From Psilocybe cubensis (taxonomy: Eukaryota), in contig CM039007.1 in NCBI GenBank assembly GCA_017499595.2, forward strand, positions 372,001-436,000: DNA of 64,000 nt. Reading direction: 5' to 3'. This document shows, in pieces, positions 12,516 through 24,904 of this stretch. The translations under genes and the position numbers were made by a program. The first letter of the stretch is position 1; every line of letters begins with the position of its first letter. A model generated the notes under the pieces. That model saw nothing but the letters and a program-made list of their open reading frames with translations. It did no database searches and was not told the DNA's origin.

Positions 12516-14290
12516 AAGCTTTTATCCACTCAGAAAGTCCTTTACCCATGGTCAGCGTTTCCGATGCGGTGTATCCGACCTGAGGCTCCTGTTCAACTCA
12601 TTTGTCTTGCTTGACACTGAATTTTGGGAAGATTACACTGATCACCCTTTTCCATCAACGGGTGTCAGTGTGCAAATCATGTAGGATAAAGGGTCTGTTC
12701 TATATGTTTTTTTCTCCCCTTCTCCTCGCATTTGTGTTCTCAGACACCAAAAAGCTGTCTCTAAAGCCGACTTCTCCGCATGTGGTACGCCAATCCGCTG
12801 TTGGATTCCCGTGGACACACGCTATCTCCTTTGCACAGCAACGCGTGTGATTCTGCACCAGCACTCGAGGAGTGCTCGTGTCAGAATCAGCGTTATCAGA
12901 TGGATAACGATCTTTCGAAGCTTCGCTGTCTTCTGCAGACACGTCCGGGCCTGTACAGATTGTGCCAAAAAGCGTAAATAGTTGGAAAACCGACACTCTC
13001 GGGCACAGCAACGGTGACACATGTCGTGCACGGATGTGATAGAAGTCCAGAGCAGCATGCGTCGCCGTCCTTCAACTATTTTCCTTTTCGAGCATAATGG
13101 TATGTTTTATAAAGGGCTGTGCTGCAGCCTTGAATTACCAACAACCTCATCCTTTCCCTTGCAGCATTCTCCCAGGTGAGTCGATCTCGCACTACGATTA
13201 ACATCGCAGAGCTCATCGCTGGATGCAGAATACGGGGTGCAGTTCAGTCCACACGGACGATCTGCAGGCGAGCTTTTACGACATTGCGTTGATCCGCGCA
13301 TTCGCTGACTCGTTCAATTACTTTAGGCTGCATGCTGCATATTCATCCTCTTCGTCAACGAGTGGAGGATGTCTGCTACCTGGCGCAATAGCTGGGTAGC
13401 AAAGCCAGTTGGTTGCACAACGCGACCAATTGGATGTTTCGTACTGACCTGCCTCTAATCGAGGCAAGGACACACAGACGATGGAGCGGCGCCAACTAGC
13501 CGCCGCTCCTCGTCGACGTTTGGAAATGTGAGTGGTTGATTCTAAATCGATTGCGTCTTGATCTGACCTGTTTGTAGGCTACTGCTATGCCGTTTATATG
13601 CCCACATGATATGCTCAAAACAACAGTCCCGTTATCGTCTAACTCGACGAGGGACATGGTCCTATTGCTTGATGCTCGATGTCTTGATACCTGAATTACT
13701 GGCCTGCAGCCGCTCCATTCGGAGATAGCTGGGCGAACGCTGTCTGGTCTGCACTTGGTCTCTTGGTCTCTTGGTCTCGTTTGTCTGTGCCTCGATATTT
13801 GTCCCTGCCTGCAGCCGCTCCTCCAAACGGAGATTGCTGGGCAAAGCTGCTCGTTCCCACATCTACTCGATCTTGTCGCTCCTTTGAAAAGCTAGGGAGC
13901 GGCCGGACGGTAAAGGCTGCCTACCGCATCACCGCGGCCGCAGCAGTAATTTTTTTCTCCAAGGGTGGAGGGGTTCCGACCTCCATCGTGCATGCCTTGT
14001 CGTGGCCTTGGAGCTTGAACACTTTTCATCGGTTGCATTGATTGTGACCGGTGGAGGTTGACCAAATGCACACAAAAAAAAACAGGAATCGGTAAGATCA
14101 CATAGTCATTGTCTAGTTTTATAAGTATTTGCCTTTGTACCTAAACTCACTTTCAATAAAAATATATCTCAACTATACGCTACATCGTCAATGTTGAACA
14201 ATTGAGTTCTTCACTTAGAATGTTAAAATTTGTCACTCTTAAACTACACTAGTGGTTTCAAAACATGCTGAATACTACCCAGTTCGAGAT
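12516..14290 (+). repeat. Left arm of ~1.75 kb inverted repeat (partner 30703-32463)
   Basis: Reverse-complement match to 30703-32463. The ORF track gives near-identical mirror peptides (12700..13020- vs 31959..32279+; 13662..13862- vs 31117..31317+). High identity over 12516-~14110, clearly lower beyond. Confidence 0.95.
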
Positions 14291-14582
14291 GATTGATAAA
14301 GTCGTTATTATCGAATCGGCTCTATACTCGTCGGTACTTTGGGGAGAGAAATAATTTGAATTACCTAACAATATGCCCATAGGCCCTCCTAGTGCTTCAT
14401 CCGTGTTCTCAATCGCTCGAGCCTGTTCTACTCACGCCCCGGAGCATGTCTATTTTTTCGCTTATTTGAGACCCAAACATCGTCATTCTACTGTGTGTTG
14501 TGCGCGTATTTGAGAGCTCCGGAGGCCTACCTTTGCTTACCTTTGACCGGAGCACTTGGGAAGTTTGGGTCAAGTCATGTCA

Positions 14583-15129
14583 CACGGCGGGCAAAAGTGC
14601 TGACTAGTCAGCATGGGAGTTGGTCTGACCAGTCACGTGACTATATCGTGACGCGTTCCGTGACGAATCAACTGACCAGTCAGGAGAGGTCACACAAATG
14701 TTGTCACGCTGGTTAGTATTGGTAAATGAGTTCAGTAACATAAGATTAAATGGGAATAAACCATTGTCTTCCGAAGCACTGTGTCACTGAGGAAAAGTAA
14801 TGAATGACTCGGAATTGGATATTTCTTGTGTTTGGTTGAAATTCAGTCATTATTCAAACAAATGGATAACTAATCACGCTTTCAGAGTACTTGTGCATGG
14901 TCACCCGACGTTGTTTAGAAGGTACACGACGCCCGCCCTGTGTAAGTCTCTGGGGCATAGAAAAGAAATCCTCTGTTCTACAATCAATGAGCGGAATTAC
15001 AGAAACTTAGCAGCGTGACAATAAATGCGTGACAGCTACATGACTAGTCAGGTGACTAGTCAGCACACTGGTCAGGTGACTGGTCAGACCAACTCCCAGG
15101 CTGACTAGTCAGCACTTTTGCCCGCCGTG
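14583..15129. mobile_element. 547-bp non-autonomous DNA transposon (MITE-like), CACG termini, 3-bp TSD; CMC/CACTA-like
   Basis: 59-bp TIR CACGGCGGGCAAAAGTGCTGACTAGTCAGC... with 2 mismatches. TCA TSD at 14580-14582 and 15130-15132. Subterminal TGAC(T/C)AGTCA-type repeats. Confidence 0.9.
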
Positions 15130-15279
15130 TCACTGACATCAACATTAACACGTGATTGTGTGAAAAGAATTTACGGCTCCGAAGACCGCAATAATTCTTT
15201 TTTGAACCGACTTCCAGCTTTATTTCATGCCATCACCATACTTATTACCAACGATTCTAACATAAATCATACGCATTCG

Positions 15280-18200
15280 ATGCGCGAGATTGTATCCAAT
15301 CATCAGCTATGCGTTCGAACATATCCAACCAACCAGAATGATGCCTTTGTGCCCAATGTCAATGTTACGCTGTTGACGAGGTTGATCCACGATGGCACTG
15401 CCAATTTGCTACCCGGTCGTGATCTGAAGGGTAAACGAAAAGCATCCAACGATATAGAACAAGAAGAAAGGGAATCAAAACGGGCAAGAAATTCTGCAAA
15501 TTTGACCAGTAACACAGAGGAGAGTACTCAGCAATATCGTGTCACGGTCAGCTATCCAACGATCTCTTCACTGCGGTCCCAAGATATGCCTCACCATGGT
15601 GAGATGGCACCTATTTTGCATCATCTCTTGAATATACACTATGATAGTGACTTGACCCAGGATATTGGGTTTGCTAGACCAGACCCAGTCTCCCTCGACA
15701 TTTGGAACAGAGAGGATGATGAACTGCAGGCGGCTCTGCTGGCATTGAATGGGTCCAGCCTCGATTTGGGAATTGTCAGGATTACCCAAGACGGTGAACA
15801 TGTAGTTATCGTATCCGGAAAAGGGGAATGGTTGCTTATCACTCCTTCCCTTCGTATCGACGCCAACTCTCACGACATTCAGTCTGAATCGGCCGTTGAT
15901 CTTCTACTTGCCATCCGGACACTGCAACTGATGGGGAGGTCGCACCTCGAAGCCAAGTTGAAAGTACTGCCTCCATCAGAATCTTTTTTCTTTTCTTTGC
16001 AGCTAGAGTATACGGCATCAATCGTTCTCCCTGCAATTATGAAACCGTTTTCATCTAAACGCGTCAGCAAGAAAGATGTGCACTCGCGTCAGGATGCTCG
16101 GCGACGATTTTTAACCGCAGCTTGGGTCTATGACGATATGCATGACTCCGGTGGCAAAACCATGACAGTGTCCTCATTTTATTCTACGATGGGACCTGCT
16201 CCGCCGTTACCATCTCCGGAGGCGACCAAGGCCATGCAACCGGTTGCCCTCTCTTCCACATTGCTTCCTTTCCAACTCCGTAGTGTTGCCTGGCTTTTAG
16301 AACGAGAAGGCATATCAGTCACTTCTGACGGCAAACTCGTCCCACAGGAGTCTTCTGGCCAATTTTCGTTTTGGAGTGAGGTTAAAGATGGTGAACGAAC
16401 TTGGTATTACAATCGCTTGAGTGGTGAGCTAGCAGAAGAAGCTCCCGAGTTGCCTACGATACACGGTGCAATGTTGGCAGAGGAACCGGGGTTGGGTAAG
16501 ACTGTAGAAACCATTGCTTTGATGCTTCTCAACCCAGCCCCTAAGGACTGGAATCCTAGTTTGACACGGTGGGATCCCGATGGGCATCTTGATGTCAAAG
16601 CCATCAAAGTAACCTTTTTTCCTATTCGCTATATTGTGTGCTTAATTATTGTTCTGTAGAGCACTTTGATTGTTACTCCTCCTTCGTTGGCATCGCAGTG
16701 GAAGACAGAGTTGGCAAACCATGCACCCTCTCTCAAAGTTCTTATGTACGACGGATGGACCAAAGTTAAAGTCCCCATCAGTAAAACAAAGTGGGGCCTT
16801 GAACGATTCAAGAAGGTAGAATTAGAATCAAGGCCCAAGAAAAAAGGCAAATCCAAAGCACGGAATGTTGAAGAGGACGGGTCAAATTCGCGAAGTGATG
16901 ACGGTGAAGTCCTCGAGTGGTGTGAGTACGTGCACCAATTTGATGTGGTAATTACCACATATAATGTGCTGAGGAGCGAGATTCACGTCGCGCGTCCTCC
17001 GCCAGACAGACCGAAAAGAGAAGAGGCGTCTTATCATACATCTTCGCGGCTTAGGAGCCCTCTGGTCATGGTTGAGTGGAAGCGCGTAGTTATGGATGAG
17101 GTTCAAATGGTTGGTGGTGGACAGGCTGCGTAAGTCATGCTTTCTCCCTTGTCATTGATAACATCGTTGAATTTTGAACACATCTAGTGAGATGGTGTCT
17201 CTTATACCCCGCCTATCCTCTTTGGCCGTCTCAGGCACACCGGCTAAATCGCAGATGTCGGACCTTATTCATGTTCTCAAGTACGTCGTTTGTATCCTGA
17301 TACCGCCTTCCCTCGATGTTAATGTGTGTGTTTTCAAGATTTTTGCGCATCGATCAACTTGTTGGCGATCTACGCCTTTGGAATAGACTTTTGAAACCGG
17401 GGTTCGCCAAAGACTTCGCGGCTTTTTTGAAGCATTATGGAATTAGGTATGCTCACATTTTCAACTCAATAAACAACTTCTGATGCGTGCATACTGTAGG
17501 ACAATGAAGTCCTGCGTGACATCCGAATTGACGATTCCTCAACAAACGCGATACCTTGTTGGGATTGACTTAGGTCGAGTTGAGCAACATGTGAGCCATT
17601 TTGCGGCCTCTGAGTACATCTCGATCTTTTCTTACATTGTTCAACTTGATGCGCACTCCAGGTTTACGACCAGACCCTTGAGGCAATCTTACAGCAATTG
17701 GGTCTTGATGCGAGAGGAATTGCCGCTACCGAGGGCTGGCAGGTTAATGGAAATCTCCTACGATCTGCTATTCGTCGGTTGCGTGGGATCTGTACACATC
17801 CTCAAGTATACACCACTTTCTATTCTTTTTCTGTGCATTTTCATTCAAGGATCTTCTATGTAGGTTGGTCAATTACAGAAACGGGGAGATGGTCTCTATA
17901 AACCGGGCGCTCTGAAGACCATCGATGCTGTCCTTCAGGTATGGAACTTTATGTCACGATCAAAAGGCGTTCCTAACAGGATCTTTGTAAGTCGATGAGA
18001 GACCAGAACTGGAAAAATCTAATGGAAGATTGGAAAGCCAAAGTATGCTAAACTTGTTGTATATTGTCATTGTTTCTATTCTCAATCTTGTTTTCATAGA
18101 TCCAGCTTATGATCCGTTACGCACAACTGCAACAGAAAGACGACACGGTTCCTAATCACCAACAAAACGCACTGAGAACTCTGGTTCTTGTCGAGGAAGA

Positions 18201-21200
18201 TACCAACAAACACCTGGAAGAAATCAAAGATGCCTTGACGAAACATGACGCGAAAGGCAAGATCTTGATAGAAGAAGCCGCTCAACTGCGCCAACAACGG
18301 GAAGTCTCAGCTGAAGCTGGTGAGCCGAACGAAAAAGGAAAGGGAAAGGCTCGCGATAGTGCAGACGGTCGTGAAGATGATGGCGGGGAAGACGAAGATC
18401 CGGAGGAAAAAGGTCTTCCTAAGACACCAGCGGGAGAAGAACACCGCGTGAAACGCAGAACGCTGAAGAGCCGCCTGCGCGAGGGGTATGTACTACTCCA
18501 TAGGGTCAAGTTCCTACAGGGTGATGTTTATCATGTCCTGGGACGATCCAACGACGAGGACGCAGCCTATCAGGCTGCAGAACAGTTGCGGCGTCAGCTT
18601 CTAAAAGGTATATTTTTGTGCATCATTTTACCGGCATATCGATTAGCTAAAAGTTTATCGATGTTTTTGTAGTAACTGAAAATGAAGCTGCCAAAGCGAT
18701 GAGTATGCTCAACGGACCGAATTTGAAGCCTACTGTGACTCTAAATGATTTAATTATCGATCTCCCCTTGCTGGGCAAGGGAGGAATTAGGTCTACAGAT
18801 TTGGTATGTTCATGCCAACTTAAATTTGCGATGATGATACTCATTCCAGTACTTCGTAGATGGAAGAAGCTAACACCATCGTGGATGAAGTTCTCAATGA
18901 CCAGTCTGATCTTACGTGGGAATGGAGAACCCACATCATGGAGTTGTTAACGAAGCCCTTGAATCCAGGGGGCGCAGAAGACGACGTCGATGGTCAAGAG
19001 TATCAGCGCACTCTGGATGACCAAGGTGAGGCTGAAACGTACCTGCAGGCATATGCTGCCATTTTATCCGACCGCAGAGAAGCTCTCGTCAATGAGCGCA
19101 CGTTGTTGGCGGCACATGAAGTCCGTGAAAAACAAGTGCGCCAAACTAAAGCTGCGTTGAAGGCAGCCACCGCTGCTGCTGAAGCGTTGGACGTCCCTGA
19201 AGGTCTAGATATCAAGCCAGAGCACGAGGTGTTGCATGAGGAGCTATCTTCTCAACGCAAGGATATATTGATTCGTCTAGATGGGAGGTCTGTGAAGAGC
19301 GTGAGTCGCGATTTTTCTATTCCTTCTGTTGTTAACTAACTATTTGTTTAGATTCTTATTGATCTAAACGGCGTTGCTGTGAAGATATTACAAGAAAACA
19401 ACCCGGAAAAAGTTATTGTTAGGGAAGCTATCGATAAATTGCGACGCTTTATTTCTGAGCAGAGTAAAGTTGACATATTTTTCATCATGGTATAGGTCAA
19501 CTTATTCTTCGTGTCAGATTCCTTGCACGAAAAGCTTGATGCGGACCTGGCCCTTCTCAGAAAAGCATTCAATCAAAGGATTCTCTACTTCCGGCAATTG
19601 CAGGAAATTTCAGACTCGGTGGCTGATGTTGAGTGGGAAGAAGCTTCAGCGGCGGACGCAGGCCTGGCGTGCGTCACGGAGAAAAACGAGTTGGAAGCAA
19701 AAATCAATACTACGCGTGCACGGCAGCGATACCTTGATAACCTCGCAAAAAATCAAGATGAAGGTATAATGGATGAAGATGACAAAACATGCATTCTCTG
19801 TCGAAGTGAATTCATCAGAGGATTTATTACGCAATGGTAAGTACTTTCTTCTCAGTTGTAGTTCAATATCTGTGATTTTAATATGCCTACCAGTGCGCAC
19901 GTTTTCTGTGAAGGATGTATGCGAGCATGGTTACTACGAAAAGAGGGCAAAACATGTCCTGTTTGTCGGTGAGTCAATTGTTTACTGCGTAACTCCTCGT
20001 GCTCATCATGGTCTCTCTTGTCTAGCGTGGCTATCAACCCAGATAGCGTGCAACGATTTACAGTGAATGCTGCACAGATCGAACCTCCTCCTCAGCCAGT
20101 ATTGGGAGAGCCCGCCCCTCAATCTCGCCGACAGATTGAGTACAACAGAATTGGTATGTCTATCCGGTTATAATGCAGCTCACAGCTCATACGAGGTGAA
20201 TAGATCCAGCCATTTTCAAAGATATTCAAACTATGGAGACCTATGGCGATTTCGGAAGCAAGATTCAAACACTGATTCGGCATATATCATATATCAAGCA
20301 CATCGACCCAGGTGCCAAAAGCATAGTGTTTTCGGCTTGGGCCGATTCATTACATAGTCAGGGCTTCATTCAATACAAGGTCTTATTTGGTACATTTCTG
20401 ATATGCTTTATTCTAGTTGTCGAACGGGCATTCTCGGAAAATGGGATACCATGCTTGAGAATAGATCAGGGTTCAAAAAATGCCGCCGAGAAGTTTGCGG
20501 CGGATCCTGATATTCTTGTTCTTTTGCTACATGGGTGAGCTTCATTCGCCTCTTTAAATCTGAGCCAACATATGCTAATATCATATCAAGAGAGCGAGAA
20601 AATGCTGGTTTGAATGTCACTTGTGCATCTCGGGTATTCCTTCTTGAGAGTGTAGTTCACCACAGTTTCGAGATTCAAGGTATATGAATGATTTTCAGTT
20701 CAAATTTATGGATCTTTTTACCCATTATGACTATATAATTATAGCTATTGCACGGATTGACCGCCTTGGCCAAACGCGACCCACAGAAGGTGATGTTTCG
20801 ATTTTTACCGGAATGCATATGCCATTTCTGACCTTGCCATCTCCCTTCTAGTTTACTGCTACTATGCGGAAGGTAGATCCGTTTATTGTTTAAGTTTCTA
20901 CATCTCCGTTACTCATATCATTCGATATAGGTACAATTGAACGCAACATTCTCGACCTCGCTGCTCGAAAAGGGCTATCATTATATACCAAGGAAAATTC
21001 TCATGGTACTGTGAATGTGTCGCCGTTCAATCAAGACAACGAACAAGATGTCGATAATCCAGAAAGGCGCAAGGGACAGCAACGAGGAGACTTCATCCAC
21101 AAAATTGACGATATGCTTTCGATATTATTCCCTCACATGTTTGAGGATCTGGAATATCTTCTACCTCCATCTGTCGCTTTACCCTTTGATCCCTCGATAG

Positions 21201-21319
21201 ACGAGGTCCACGATGTTACAATGGCTGATAACGTTTCAGCGTCTATTACTCGTGCACTCAATCATGCACCTAATAGTGCTACAACCAATGTGGTTGCTGG
21301 CCCATCTAGACTCCGCTAA
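15280..21319 (+). CDS. IRC20: SNF2-family helicase / RING E3 ligase, IRC20/SHPRH-like; start codon uncertain
   Basis: LLPFQLRSVAWLL; LAEEPGLGKT; WKRVVMDEVQMV; AVSGTP; RING CILC..CAHVFCEGC..CPVC; C-terminal helicase domain GSKIQTL, IVFSAW, AGLNV, QAIARIDRLGQ. The long spacer before the RING fits Irc20/SHPRH. Confidence 0.85.
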
Positions 21320-21581
21320 TTTAGTTTAATCTGTTTTTACAAGCTCATTCAGCAGCCTTTGCGTATGTTGATAACACCTCTGAATGTTTAATCGTCATTC
21401 ATGTACCATAACCTTACGCATCAGAATAGATTACAAAGATACACATTATTACAAAATCGATAGTATTACACAAATGAATCGGAGTGTTGTACAAATACAC
21501 AATGCGGCAAACACGTCTACAAGCAAGGAAAAAATTACAAGACCGAGATTATTATATCGCCCGCTTGGAGTGGAGTAAGAT

Positions 21582-23541
21582 TTAGTTTCTGGAGCGAGCA
21601 GTCGTGGTAGTCGTTGGTTGGTCAACGTTAGTGGAGGCCTGACGTTTTGCGGCTGCCTTCTTCGCAGCCAGCTCAGCATCTTCAGTAACAGAGTGAGTAT
21701 GAGCTCCTCGTGTATCCTATGTGGTACATTTTCAGTCACCAGGCATCATCACGCAGTATATCGGAAGAACAGACCTGCTTGAGATTCAAATCACGTTCCA
21801 TGGTCTCGGCGATTCCCTCCACTTCGCGGGTGCACTGGCCAGTGTGAAGCACCTTCCTTGATATCTCTTCCTGGCTGATGGCACCATGCAGAGTACCACC
21901 CCTCTGCAAAAAGTGTTCCATCGGCACAGGTGCATGGGTCTGAGACTGATGCACGACGGGAGCTTCGTGGGTAACTTCATGAATGGGGATGGTGGTGTGA
22001 ATATGTTGCCTGTCGATGGCTAGAAAGAAAGTGTCAGCGCAACAACGAATGATCCTGGTGTAATGTATGACACTCACTTTCTTTTTCGATAACGGGCTGG
22101 ATGACGTGATGGACGTGATGATGAACCGTCTCATTTACAGTGGTACCTTTGTCAATAATGGTCCTTTCCTTCGAAGAGTGCATCTTGATGGTGTGTTGAT
22201 GAATATCACGAAAAACGAATGGCCAATAAGAGACATACCAAAGTGTCGTGGAATTGGTTGACTTGTCCTTCGAACAAGGTGTTATCCTCGACCTTGTTAG
22301 CATGTTTTTCGCGGACGTGAGTGACGGGGTGAATCTGAAAGAATTCAATCAAGACTCTGCCAGTGCGCATACGTACTAAGGGTACTTACGAAAGATTTGT
22401 GTTGTTCTTCCAACTCCTCAGCCGCAACAATGGGCTGAGTGTGATGTTGAATATGATGAACTTTCGGAAAGATATACTTTTAGCAAAACGTTCAAGGCAA
22501 AACGATGAATCGAACATACTATGGCGCTCGCGATCCTTAACTCGTGAAATTTCCTCTGTCTCAATGTGGCGGACCCGTTCATGAGTGACCGCTGCACATA
22601 GATAAGTTACACATTGTGACAGGACTTGTATTGAGACGTACGTTGAAGTTGGTTCGTGTCCTCCTCTGCATTAGCAGTGGGCATAGAGTCCTTCGGACTG
22701 TTTTTATTGTGCCCAAACACATGATCTCCAGACAAGACTGCGAAGATCATGAGCAAAAGTAACAGAACGATACGGGGAATACATGCCTCCCGTATGACCA
22801 ATCTCACGATCAACATCGTATTCACGTTCGCGGTACATGTAATCTTTGTCACTCGAAGGACGTCCACCTAGAAAGATGGTTATTGATGTTGATTAGACAT
22901 AAAAATACCATGTACATACGTTCGTATGTCGACTCTGTTACAACAGTACGAGTGACTGGAACAGGAGCTCGACCCTCGGTAGCCTCTTGGCTGTACGATT
23001 CAAGCGTGGTGCGCTTCGATGATGATCCGAGACCAGTACCGCCGCCAGAGGATGTCCCTGCATCCATCATTCGAGCTAATGATAGTCAGTAGGGGAACTA
23101 TCATATAAGAAGAATGAAATCGTACTCTGAGATTGATGAGTACCGGACAGATCGCCTCCTACCGCGGCAGCAGCGTCGGTTCCGTATCCAGAGATACCAT
23201 GAACCTTAGCGCGTTCCGCGTCCTGTTGCATGGCGAGCTCAGAAGCTACGTTACTAGGCTTCCCGGAAGTCCCAGGGCCGGTTCCAGAAGGAAGCTTGTG
23301 GGCAGGACCATGGGTAGCGCGGTTAGAATTGGTAAGGCGGCTAGACTCCCTGGTCAAACGCGTGTCGGCATTCGAGGATGGGTCGCTGCCTTGCATATCC
23401 ACCCCTGGACGCTCGTCCGACGGGCTGGTATCGCTGCTGAGCATGTTTTTCATAGTGTTACCGATACCTATGAGAAGATATCGTCAACAATTTCGAAGCC
23501 AAATGAATTACAGCGTAAAGAAAGTAAGAAGACATACCCAT
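21582..23541 (-). CDS. His-rich hydrophilic protein of the fungal 'allergen'-annotated family, function unknown
   Basis: First coding exon ATGG (23541-23538) followed by a GTATGT donor gives MGIGNTMKNMLSS. Motifs VTHERVRHIETEEISR, ETVHHHVHHVIQPVIEKE and HIHTTIPIHEVTHEAP. Stop at 21582. Confidence 0.7.
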
Positions 23542-24311
23542 TGTGAAAAATGTGTGTGCGAGGTCCTGAAGTTCAAAGAAGCGGACAGAGGTTTGAGTTG
23601 GATGAACGGATGCGAAACACCACTTTATATACCTCAAAATACGTACGTCATGTTTTCATTTAAAATACGTGATTCAGTTGGGCGGATGTACTTTGAAGGT
23701 CTCCCATTTTCTTTACAAGTGAGACGTGTGCACTCAGATGTCCCAATTCATCAGAACCGGGATGGATCGCGACGTAAAACTACTGAGAAGTTCGGGTTAT
23801 TCAAAAGAGTTCACGATATATTTATCAATTTGAGCTGAGGGTAGAGTTATGGTAAATGATATAAGAGAGCGTGATGGATGGAAAGTTTGATAGGAGGTTT
23901 GAGGTTCCATAATGTAGTCACATGATTTATCCGGAATATGCAAATTCCGAGAGTCTCCGATTGAAATTTAGAGAACACATATGTTAACTGTAGTGCTTGT
24001 TAATCGGTCAAAAGGACAATATTAATGGGAGCACCCAGAAAGTCCAAAGTGTTGCATTAGTTAGTATTTTGACATTTGTTAATACTTACATCATAATCAT
24101 CGCCCTAGCATTCAAATATTCACGGCTTGCATGTTTATGTAGCTACCTACCGCTTGAACATCAATAGTTTCATTCTTTGCAGTCCAATCTTTGTCTTCAA
24201 GTCAGTTAAAAATATGACTATATTATAATGACCTGGAATATGCACCTCCTATAATACATCAATATAATCAAACTGACATTGCTTTTTTGATCACCCAAAA
24301 ATTCGAAATAT

Positions 24312-24423
24312 GCCTGAAAATGTTGTAATCGAGGCTGAAAAACACTGTAATTGGGCCTGAAAAATATGGTAACACTTTAAATTGCAGCCCAACTTTCTGT
24401 GCAAAGCACGGGTACACTGCTAG
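24312..24423 (+). mobile_element. Helitron-like 3' terminus (5' end not located)
   Basis: Hairpin CTGTGC-AAA-GCACGG at 24397-24411, then CTAG at 24420-24423 followed by T. Three ~22-nt (G)CCTGAAAA..GTAA repeats lie upstream. Confidence 0.5.
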
Positions 24424-24904
24424 TTTCTTAGAAATTACAAAAAAAATTGATGACGGGACTCGTAACTGCCGTGCGTAGCAACGGCCTAGTCTCGTTCTGT
24501 GAGAGACCCGAGACTAATAAGCGGAGCTTTCAAGAAATTTGTTTGTTAATTAGTTCTGTACTTGAATTTCGTTGCTCTAAGCCGATGGTAATATTCACGT
24601 AAACTTAGTTATGTCTGAATATAGAGTACCGAGTTCGAGTTATGAGTACTGCCCGGTTCCACCATACCCACGAAGGTGTTTGTTTTGGTAGTGGTGTAAA
24701 GTTCTATTCATGGTTGATTGACAGACAAGTTAACGGTCTCACATTACCTTACAAGTCGTTGGCGTTGAACGTTGAACATTGGACTGGTCACTGGTCCCAG
24801 GCTAAAACACAACGTAATGTTAAACGAAGCCATTCCAAAGCTTATTTCTAAACAAGTTTTTTTAACCGTTTCCTGTTAGTTTGTAAAAACAATTCAAACA
24901 AAAA

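Noticed and set aside
12516-14110. RIP-like mutation between the repeat arms
   Set aside because: Sampled differences include transversions and changes in both directions, with no evident one-way C-to-T saturation. A full count was not done.
15118-15279. N-terminal extension of the IRC20 ORF
   Set aside because: It begins at a TTG inside the transposon TIR; the first ATG is at 15280.
16471-16503. AEEPGLGKT as an inactivated Walker A motif
   Set aside because: GKT is intact and E-for-D is typical of the Irc20 subfamily as I recall it.
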